Assembly: GCA_017517325.1 (NCBI GenBank)
Contig: JAFWZW010000024.1
Location: 20,092 to 84,091 of the forward strand
Length of the DNA: 64,000 bases
Direction: 5' to 3'
DNA from: Clostridia bacterium
GTDB taxonomy: Bacteria > Bacillota > Clostridia > Oscillospirales > SIG627
Program-made: the position numbers and the translations under genes
Notes under the pieces: model-generated
What the model saw: the letters and a program-made list of their open reading frames with translations, nothing else
What the model was told of the DNA's origin: nothing
Database searches by the model: none
Shown here: piece by piece, positions 56,648 through 64,000 of the stretch
Layout of the letters: each line of letters opens with the position of its first letter
Numbering within the stretch: position 1 is the stretch's first letter

Positions 56648-57508
56648 TTATACCGCGGGAACTTCCCAAGGGTACTCCAGCGCGTAGTTGGCGCAGGTTT
56701 TAATGATCTCTTTCATTTCAGCATCCAGGATCAGATCCCCTTCGGGAACGTAATGTGCCTGGCGGTACTGAGCAGGAAGCATATCCAGTTTTACTTCTTC
56801 AATGGGCTTACCGGTAAACTGTGCATAGAAAGTGTAAGAAGCCATAATTCTACCGAAATCCGACAGATGGGTGTAATCACGGTAGATCCGATCCTGCGGG
56901 ATCTTCAGCACGTGAGCGGCATAGAAAATGGCGGCGCCGGTGCAAATATGCTTAGTATAGGTAGGATCGGGAAGGATGTTCTCTTTTGCGGTATTGGTAT
57001 AAACGCCGAATTGAACGAAGGGATCGTGGCCGTAAGCTTCAACCAAAAAACTCTTAATGGTCTTAGGGGGCTTTCTCCACCAATCATCGGAAAAGAACTT
57101 CTCGTCATTGGGGTTGGGCCAGGAGGTATGCCAAGCAAAAACGTGCTCCGAGGGAACGTGGGCGTTTACATATTCCTCAAGACTGCGGCGGGCCTCCAGA
57201 TTGAGTTTTTCCGCTTGCATATCGCGTTTACCCGGCTGGAGAAAGATCATATCCCAATCCTGATCCTCCAAAGCGCCCTGCATGGTGTACCCACGTTTGC
57301 GGGTATTGGTGCCGTCACCGTTGCTTCTGTAATAGTCGTAAACGCTTTGGTTTTGGGCAGAAAAATCTACGTGCTGCCGGATCAAGCACCCGCTGTAATA
57401 CAAAAAACCGATGGTATACGGCTGTTCATACCCCTGTGCGTTAAACACGCGGGAGAGGTGATGACAAACGTCGTTAGAATGGCTGTTTCCAAGAATCAGA
57501 AATTTCAT
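56648..57508 (-). CDS. SGNH/GDSL-type hydrolase (DUF4886-like)
   Basis: ILGNSHS, LYYSGC, WDMIFLQ, RDYTHLS; start could instead be 57520. Confidence 0.75.
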   Translation of the reverse strand: MKFLILGNSHSNDVCHHLSRVFNAQGYEQPYTIGFLYYSGCLIRQHVDFSAQNQSVYDYYRSNGDGTNTRKRGYTMQGALEDQDWDMIFLQPGKRDMQAEKLNLEARRSLEEYVNAHVPSEHVFAWHTSWPNPNDEKFFSDDWWRKPPKTIKSFLVEAYGHDPFVQFGVYTNTAKENILPDPTYTKHICTGAAIFYAAHVLKIPQDRIYRDYTHLSDFGRIMASYTFYAQFTGKPIEEVKLDMLPAQYRQAHYVPEGDLILDAEMKEIIKTCANYALEYPWEVPAV

Positions 57509-57535
57509 TATTTTTCTCATTTGATAGATGATAAT

Positions 57536-57940
57536 TTACTTTAAAGCATCTTTTTGAAAAAGAAATACGGTGGAGACCAAAAGGCAAAGGGTAATGCACA
57601 CTCCCACAGGGGAAAGATAATCCAGACCGTAAATGACGGGAGAAAAAACAGAGAGCGCAGAAGCGGAAAGAGAGATCAAAAAGGTTTTTCCGGGAGTTAC
57701 GGCTTTTTTCAAAAGGGAAACCACGATCAAGATCACAAGAAGCACCGTAAGAATACCGGTCAGAAGGGGGAACACGACGCCATAACCATAAACGGTCATA
57801 TCAAAATAGGAAAAAAATACGCGCTTGGTCCCTTCTCCCTCGTCTACCGCAAATTTCAGAACGGCGCCGTACGGCAGGATCTCCAAAACCAAGGCGGCAA
57901 GGGAAAAGACCAATGCAAGGATCTTTTTCATTTGCTTCAT
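57536..57940 (-). CDS. small 4-TM membrane protein
   Basis: Four hydrophobic segments; AAGGAGG RBS. Confidence 0.75.
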   Translation of the reverse strand: MKQMKKILALVFSLAALVLEILPYGAVLKFAVDEGEGTKRVFFSYFDMTVYGYGVVFPLLTGILTVLLVILIVVSLLKKAVTPGKTFLISLSASALSVFSPVIYGLDYLSPVGVCITLCLLVSTVFLFQKDALK

Positions 57941-57962
57941 AGCATCCTCCTTTAGTAAAAGA

Positions 57963-58535
57963 TTACAGCTGCTCTAAAAGTGCCTGCAAGGCTTTTGCAC
58001 GGTGGCTGATGCGATTTTTTTCTTCGGGGGAAATTTCAGCTGCGGTTTTGCCGTATTCCTCCAAAAAGAAGTAGGGGTCGTAGCCGAAACCGCCATTCCC
58101 ACGGGGGTTATCCACAATAGTGCCGCAAAGCTTTCCGAAGGCGTGCTTTTCACTTCCGTCGGGAAATGCGATGGAGACGGCACAAGCGTAATGGGCGTTT
58201 CTGTTTTCCACCCCTGAAAGCTTCTCGATCAAAAGGCGGTTGTTGGCTTCGTCATCCCCGTGGCGACCGCAAAAGCGGGCGGAATAAATCCCCGGGGCAC
58301 CGTCCAGCGCATCCACACAGATCCCGCTATCGTCCGCCAAAGCGGCACAGCCGGATATTTCGGCAATTTCACGGGCCTTTTTCTGCGCATTCTCAAGGAA
58401 GGTGGCGCCGTCCTCCACGGTTTCGTGGTCGATGCCTGCTTCCTTCATAGAGAGGATCTCATCAAATTTGCCGCCTAAAATGGCGCGGATCTCACGAAGC
58501 TTTCCGGCATTGCCAGAAGCAATGATCAATTTCAT
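57963..58535 (-). CDS. rdgB: non-canonical purine NTP pyrophosphatase
   Basis: ASGNAGKLREI, ENAQKKA, ADDSG, GAPGIYSAR, GFGYDP, ISHR. Confidence 0.93.
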   Translation of the reverse strand: MKLIIASGNAGKLREIRAILGGKFDEILSMKEAGIDHETVEDGATFLENAQKKAREIAEISGCAALADDSGICVDALDGAPGIYSARFCGRHGDDEANNRLLIEKLSGVENRNAHYACAVSIAFPDGSEKHAFGKLCGTIVDNPRGNGGFGYDPYFFLEEYGKTAAEISPEEKNRISHRAKALQALLEQL

Positions 58536-58536
58536 A

Positions 58537-59778
58537 TCAGTCCTCGTAGATGGGAAATTTTTCGCAAAGAGCAACAACTTCTGCACTGACGCGCTCACGG
58601 TTGCCTTCAAAGTCAAGAGCAATATCGCGGATCCAGAGGGCGATCCTTTCCATTTCCGCTACGCCGAAGCCGCGGGAGGTAACGGCAGGGGTACCAAGGC
58701 GCATACCGCTGGTAACAAAGGGGCTTTCGGGATCATCGGGAATGGCGTTTTTATTAACGGTGATATGAACTGCATCCAATCTTGCCTGCATTTCCTTGCC
58801 GGTAACCTTGAAGTTGCGAAGGTCGATGAGCATCAGGTGATTATCGGTACCGCCGGAGACCACGCGGAAGCCTGCCTTTTCCATAGCGGCGGCAAGGGCG
58901 GAGGCGTTCTCCACGATCTTCTTTTGATATTCCACAAATTCAGGCTTCATAGCCTCTGCAAAGGATACGGCCTTTGCTGCAATGATGTGCTCCAGAGGGC
59001 CGCCTTGAATACCGGGAAATACGGCTTTGTCGATCTGCTTGGCAAACTCTTCCTTGCAAAGGATAAGGCCACCGCGGGGACCGCGCAGGGTCTTATGGGT
59101 GGTGGTGGTCACAACGTCGGCATAAGGCACGGGCGAGGGATGGAGCCCTGCGGCGACCAGACCTGCGATGTGGGCCATATCTACCATATAGTAAGCACCC
59201 ACCTCTTTCGCGATCTCTCCGATCTTCTTAAAGTCAATGGTGCGGGAATAAGCGCTGGCACCTGCAATGATCATCTTGGGCTTGCATTCCAGAGCCTTGG
59301 CGCGGAGGTCGTCATAATTGAGTACTTCGGATTTTTCATCTACACCGTAGGAAACGATGTTGTAGTATTTGCCGGAAATATTGGCAGGAGAGCCGTGGGA
59401 AAGGTGACCGCCGTGGGCAAGAGAAAGGCCCATCACCGTATCACCGGGCTGTACCAGGGCAAAAAACACCGCAAGGTTTGCAGAAGCGCCGCAATGGGGC
59501 TGAACGTTGGCGTGATCAGCACCGAAGAGTTTCTTTGCTCTTTCAATAGCAAGAGTCTCAACCTCGTCGATGTGCTCACAGCCGCCGTAATAACGCTTGC
59601 CGGGATATCCCTCGGCATATTTATTGGTCAGAACCGTTCCTGCGGCAAGAAGCGTTGCCTTAGAAACGATGTTCTCGGAGGCGATCAATTCAATGTTGTG
59701 TCTCTGACGTGAAAGCTCACGGTCGCAAGCGGCATAAACCTCAGGGTCGTACTGTTTCAGTTCATCAAAAAAATTCAT
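58537..59778 (-). CDS. glyA: serine hydroxymethyltransferase
   Basis: [42 protein letters not shown]. Confidence 0.98.
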   Translation of the reverse strand: MNFFDELKQYDPEVYAACDRELSRQRHNIELIASENIVSKATLLAAGTVLTNKYAEGYPGKRYYGGCEHIDEVETLAIERAKKLFGADHANVQPHCGASANLAVFFALVQPGDTVMGLSLAHGGHLSHGSPANISGKYYNIVSYGVDEKSEVLNYDDLRAKALECKPKMIIAGASAYSRTIDFKKIGEIAKEVGAYYMVDMAHIAGLVAAGLHPSPVPYADVVTTTTHKTLRGPRGGLILCKEEFAKQIDKAVFPGIQGGPLEHIIAAKAVSFAEAMKPEFVEYQKKIVENASALAAAMEKAGFRVVSGGTDNHLMLIDLRNFKVTGKEMQARLDAVHITVNKNAIPDDPESPFVTSGMRLGTPAVTSRGFGVAEMERIALWIRDIALDFEGNRERVSAEVVALCEKFPIYED

Positions 59779-59805
59779 TTCTCTATTCTCCTTCTTTATA
59801 TCTCT

Positions 59806-60696
59806 TTATTTTTCGGTACGCGGATCCAAAACCGCAAGTTCACCGGGATTTACCGTTACAATGCGAATGGGATCTTTTCTCGCAAGCATAACCCGCAACG
59901 TAACCGGAACGGCAGTGGGGTTATAAACCTTCGTCTGATCGGCGAAAAATTCCAAGCTATGATAGGCGTGCAGGTAGTTGAAAAATTCGATATTGGTGCA
60001 ATACCAGATATCATCTCGGTTGCCTACGCATTCAAGAAGCTCTTCCATAACGTTCCAATTATCAGCTAAATTGAACTCATAACTATGGCCCCAAACGGAG
60101 AAAAGGTATGGGATTTTCATTTCATTTTCTTCGCTTGCTTCCACAAACTGCTTTGCAAGCTCCATAAGCTGAGGGTTCGTATGTTTGCAAGTACACGCCC
60201 AACGAAGGGGATCGGAAGGCAAGGAGAAATCCCCCGTTGTCTTGGTCGTTCTGGCATAACGGAAGCCGCAAGCCTTCACGGCTTCAACACCCTTGTCGTC
60301 GTGGGTTCCGTATGCATAGGCAAGTCCACGGCAAGGGATTCCCAGCATATCCTCTAAATTCTTCCGGTCGGAAATCAACTCCCAAGTGGCAGCGCCCTGA
60401 TCCATAAGGGAAAGCGAAGCGTGGGTCAGTCCGTGAGCAGCGATCTCTGCAATATCGGAATTTTTTTCAAAAAATTCCAGAAAACGCCTACGGTTCATAC
60501 GGCAACGCGGCTCTTCAAAATCCGGCTGATCCAGATCATCGCGGATGCGCTTGATGCCGGAGTTGATATTAAAGGTACCTTTCACGCCGTACTTTCTCAT
60601 CAGATCGGCAAGGCGAAAATCCGATTCAACACCGTCATCGTAGCTTAAGGTAAAGGCTTTCGCCTTTCCACCGGGAAACAACATGTTTACGATCAT
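59806..60696 (-). CDS. cytoplasmic polysaccharide deacetylase (CE4/NodB)
   Basis: TLSYDDG, AHGLTH, AYAYG, WGHSYE. Confidence 0.85.
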   Translation of the reverse strand: MIVNMLFPGGKAKAFTLSYDDGVESDFRLADLMRKYGVKGTFNINSGIKRIRDDLDQPDFEEPRCRMNRRRFLEFFEKNSDIAEIAAHGLTHASLSLMDQGAATWELISDRKNLEDMLGIPCRGLAYAYGTHDDKGVEAVKACGFRYARTTKTTGDFSLPSDPLRWACTCKHTNPQLMELAKQFVEASEENEMKIPYLFSVWGHSYEFNLADNWNVMEELLECVGNRDDIWYCTNIEFFNYLHAYHSLEFFADQTKVYNPTAVPVTLRVMLARKDPIRIVTVNPGELAVLDPRTEK

Positions 60697-60815
60697 AATA
60701 CACCTCTTGAATTTGTGTGCAAATTAAAAACAAATGTCCTGTAACAAAAGACATTATATTCTTTTTCGGAATAAAAGTCAATTCAATTAACAAGAGTTAA
60801 TGCAATATTTACACT

Positions 60816-61616
60816 TTAAATGCAGACTTCCGTAAAGCCCTCTCTCTGCAATTGCCAGATGGAGGAAAAGCCCATTTTTTTCAGCATTTCAATGCTTTGA
60901 TCATAATGGCAATCCAAGTGCTCGGCTCTGTGGGAATCTCCGTTGAGCACCAGTCTTCCGCCCCGCTCCAGAATACGGCGAAGGAGGAAATCCTCGGGGT
61001 AAGGCTGTGTGCGGTAGCCACGGGAAATGGCGCCGGTGTTGACCTCAATAAAGGGGACGGTTTTCAGCACCTCGTCCAAAGCTTCCAGCGCAACGGAAAC
61101 GTAAGTCTCATCGGGATCATCGAAAAGACCGAATTTGTTGAGCAGATCAAAATGGCCCTGGATCTGAAAGGGGCTTTTTTGTGCGTGCTCCGCCACCGCT
61201 TCATAATAGCGCTTGGCATACTCCAATTTATCCCCTTTTCCAAATACTTCGATATACTCCATTTGCTTTTTCAGAGAATAATCGATGGGGCTGAAGCCAT
61301 CGGGGGTGGTCAGATAATGAACGGAGCCGATGATGTAATCAAAGAGCTCCCAGGGGATCTGGGAGAGAATATCTTTTTCAATACCGCAAAATACAGAGAT
61401 CCGATCCTCAAAGCGTTCAGCAAGACCACGCACCTCGCGGGCGTATTCCCCATAGCGTACCTCGGGCATACACTCCTCCGAAAAAGTAGGCGTTTCGCTA
61501 TGATCGGAAAAGCCGATGGAAACGAAGCCCAACTCCACGGCGCGCTCTACCATTTCCAAAGGGGTATTGGCCCCATCGGAAAAGACAGTATGGGTATGGA
61601 GATTGGAATACTTCAT
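60816..61616 (-). CDS. PHP-family phosphatase (HisJ/HisK histidinol-phosphatase-like)
   Basis: NLHTHT.FSDG, GFSDH, IGSVH, GHFDL, EVNTG, GDSH. Confidence 0.85.
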   Translation of the reverse strand: MKYSNLHTHTVFSDGANTPLEMVERAVELGFVSIGFSDHSETPTFSEECMPEVRYGEYAREVRGLAERFEDRISVFCGIEKDILSQIPWELFDYIIGSVHYLTTPDGFSPIDYSLKKQMEYIEVFGKGDKLEYAKRYYEAVAEHAQKSPFQIQGHFDLLNKFGLFDDPDETYVSVALEALDEVLKTVPFIEVNTGAISRGYRTQPYPEDFLLRRILERGGRLVLNGDSHRAEHLDCHYDQSIEMLKKMGFSSIWQLQREGFTEVCI

Positions 61617-62431
61617 AGGGCTCTTTCTCCTTTTCCTAAGAGTTTGATGACATTTTCACCCAAGATCTTGCGGTTTGCCTCCTCCCCTAAATTCAGAGAA
61701 AGGAAGGTATCCAGCTCTGCTGCGGGGTCCCACATAGGGTAATCAGAGCCGAACAGAACACGGTCAAAGCCCCAGCGAAGGATCAATTTCCTTGCCTTCT
61801 CTTTGTCAAAAAAAGGAAAGGTGGAGGAGCAGTCAACCAACAGATTGGGAAAGCCGATCAATTGATCGCAGGCTTCCTCCCATATGGACCATCCCCCCAA
61901 ATGGGCCCCGATCACCGTAAGATCGGGAAATTCCTTTAAAACGGGGATCAGACGGTTGGGATTGGAATAATCGTAGCGGTGATCGCCCGTGTGGATCAAA
62001 ACCGGTAGCTTTTCCCTTTGGCAAATTTCAAACAGGCGCATACTCTTGGGATCGTCGAGACGAAAGGTCTGAATATCCGGATGCAGCTTTACCCCACGAA
62101 GCCCAAGCTCCACCAAATGGCAAACGTCTCCCTCGGGGTCATCACTTTCAGGGTGCAGGGCGCCGAAGCCGAAAAAGATCTTGGGATTTGCGGCAACCTC
62201 GTCAGCAATAAAGGAATTGATGCTTTTTACCTGATGGGGGGTGGTGGCAACGGAATGAACCAAGAAGCCGTCGATCCTGCCATCGGCCATTTTTTCAAGA
62301 AGGCCACCGATGGTACCGTTGCAGGCGGCAGTGGTGCCGTAAAAGGCATCCGTACCTGCGCAGGCACGGGCTGCGATTTTTTCGGGATAAATATGACAAT
62401 GGGCATCGATAACGCGATAAGGGCCGATCAT
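61613..62431 (-). CDS. amidohydrolase family metallo-hydrolase
   Basis: IDAHCH, GVKLHPD, IHTGD, AHLGG, FGSDYP. Confidence 0.88.
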   Translation of the reverse strand: MIGPYRVIDAHCHIYPEKIAARACAGTDAFYGTTAACNGTIGGLLEKMADGRIDGFLVHSVATTPHQVKSINSFIADEVAANPKIFFGFGALHPESDDPEGDVCHLVELGLRGVKLHPDIQTFRLDDPKSMRLFEICQREKLPVLIHTGDHRYDYSNPNRLIPVLKEFPDLTVIGAHLGGWSIWEEACDQLIGFPNLLVDCSSTFPFFDKEKARKLILRWGFDRVLFGSDYPMWDPAAELDTFLSLNLGEEANRKILGENVIKLLGKGERAL

Positions 62432-62605
62432 TTTTCAGTTTCTCCTATTATAAAACACTAAAAAGTATTTTACCGCAAATATCGATTGATTTCAATAGAA
62501 ATCCGTCGGAAAGAGAATTATTTTCCAATAAAATTTCTGTTTTTCCGCACAAACGAAAAAAACTGTGATACAATGGAAAAAACATTTCTTGAGAAGGAGT
62601 TTATT

Positions 62606-63481
62606 ATGATCTACGAGAAAGTTTCTCTTCCCTTCGGAGGCAAGGAAAACGCTAATTTGACCCTTTATTGCCCCGACGTATACAAAACCAGCGTTGTCAG
62701 AAAGCTTCCTACCATTCTGGTGATCCCCGGTGGCGGCTATGCAAATTGCTCCGTAAGAGAAGGAGAGCCCATTGCTCTGCACTTTCTTTCCCGCGGATTT
62801 GCGGCCGCCGTTCTCAGATACAGCGTTAAAGAAGACGCGCGCTTCCCTCAGCCCCTTTGTGAAGCCGCTCTTGCTATGGCCTATTTGAGAGAGAACGCGG
62901 AAGAATACCACATTGATCCCAACCGTATTTTCACCTGCGGCTTTTCCGCAGGCGGACACCTTGCCCTTTCCTTGGGCGTATTCTGGCACCAGCCCTGGCT
63001 TTCCGAGGCAGTCGGTAAGGATAACGAATTACTTCGCCCCAACGGGCAGATTCTTTCTTATCCCGTAGTCACCTCCGATCCCACATTCCGTCACAAAGGA
63101 ACCATTCTTCGCGCCATGGCAGAACGCGATGACGAAGAAACACTTCAGCTTGTCTCCCTGGAAAAGCAGGTTTCTGAACATACGCCACCCACGTTCCTTT
63201 GGACCACCGTAATGGATACCATTGTGCCGTACAAAAACTCCCTGGTTCTGGCAATGGCACTGGAGGAACATCAGATCCCCAATGAATTTCACCTTTACGG
63301 CTGGGCCGGCCACGGTCTTGCCCTTGGAAGCCGTATCACCCAAAAGGATTCGAACCAAAACAAACCCATAGAAAGAAATCAGAATAACCCCCACATCGCA
63401 ACCTGGCTGTCCCTTTGCAGTGAATGGCTGGAAGTAACCTTTGGGGTAGAAAAAGCACCGATTCCGGAGGATGACCAATGA
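62606..63481 (+). CDS. alpha/beta hydrolase (esterase)
   Basis: PGGGY, GFSAGG nucleophile elbow, D..V, GHG; AAGGAG RBS before ATG 62606. Confidence 0.88.
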   Translation: MIYEKVSLPFGGKENANLTLYCPDVYKTSVVRKLPTILVIPGGGYANCSVREGEPIALHFLSRGFAAAVLRYSVKEDARFPQPLCEAALAMAYLRENAEEYHIDPNRIFTCGFSAGGHLALSLGVFWHQPWLSEAVGKDNELLRPNGQILSYPVVTSDPTFRHKGTILRAMAERDDEETLQLVSLEKQVSEHTPPTFLWTTVMDTIVPYKNSLVLAMALEEHQIPNEFHLYGWAGHGLALGSRITQKDSNQNKPIERNQNNPHIATWLSLCSEWLEVTFGVEKAPIPEDDQ

Positions 63482-64000
63482 ACGTTGAATACCGCGGTTC
63501 CAAGGAAGTGATCCTTTCCTCTTCCCCCATCTTCAATGCTCTGTTGCGGGATGAAGCTCCTTTAGGCTTCGTAGCTAAAGAGGACGGTGCATTCCACCCC
63601 ATAGAAGATGTGGTGGTTTCCGAAGGGGCCTTGGAGGGTGGCAAAACTTTGGGCTTTGGTAGTTGGCGCTACGCCTATTCAGGGTGCCGTGCTGTCATTG
63701 AAGGTGCCGGTGCGGTAGAAGTTACCAAGGCAATTTACGCCTTTCTGCAAAAAATGGCTCGATCCAAGGAAGAGCCGATTCCTTCCGCTTTTCGCTTTGA
63801 ACACCAATATACCTCCATTAAACAGCCGTTTTCATTAGACGGCAAGACTATTTCCCGCTATCAAATTTTCTATAGCGGTCCCGAAAGCAGCCATAAGAAC
63901 TGGGAAGATTTCTACCGTTTCCCCCCCGCCCGTCAGGCGGCGGAGGATCTGGCCGATTTTATCGGAACGGAATGCGCTTCTCTTCTCCGCCCCCTTCCCT
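63478..64000 (+). CDS. 5' part of a hypothetical protein (truncated by window end)
   Basis: ATG overlaps the previous stop, GGAGG RBS; open frame MNVEYRGSKEVILSSSPIF...ARQAAEDLADFIG runs to the window end. Confidence 0.65.
   Translation, partial: MNVEYRGSKEVILSSSPIFNALLRDEAPLGFVAKEDGAFHPIEDVVVSEGALEGGKTLGFGSWRYAYSGCRAVIEGAGAVEVTKAIYAFLQKMARSKEEPIPSAFRFEHQYTSIKQPFSLDGKTISRYQIFYSGPESSHKNWEDFYRFPPARQAAEDLADFIGTECASLLRPLP

Noticed and set aside
58108-58116. Perfect DnaA box TTATCCACA
   Set aside because: Single copy inside the rdgB coding sequence; compatible with chance

Overview
A 64 kb stretch of core chromosome from an anaerobic, probably spore-forming Clostridia-type bacterium (about 50% GC by eye; taxon inferred from gene content and promoter types). 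Left to right: end of an unknown gene; an unannotated 27-aa membrane peptide gene behind a sigmaG-like promoter; a XerC-type recombinase; three paralogous CBM9/DOMON-like surface proteins; cwlD, rpmE, hflX and a lone topoisomerase IIA A subunit; an XRE regulator divergent from a large BspA-type LRR protein; gdpP-rplI-dnaB-tilS-ftsH-gpsA; an orphan glycoside hydrolase; a minus-strand run minD - degenerate mgsA - aspS - Gld-like ABC module; metK; PIG-L/HAD genes; LMW phosphatase-rimI-tsaD followed by a cluster of DnaA-box-like 9-mers; MATE and aminotransferase genes; then glyA, rdgB and several hydrolases. The most notable system is a single 10 kb operon, fumC (frameshifted)-hdrBCA-flxDCBA-frdB-frdA, with no membrane anchor. 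I infer it encodes a soluble, flavin-bifurcating NADH:fumarate/ferredoxin oxidoreductase. I found no rRNA, tRNA, CRISPR array, transposase, reverse transcriptase or prophage. All family calls come from motif recognition by eye, not from database searches.
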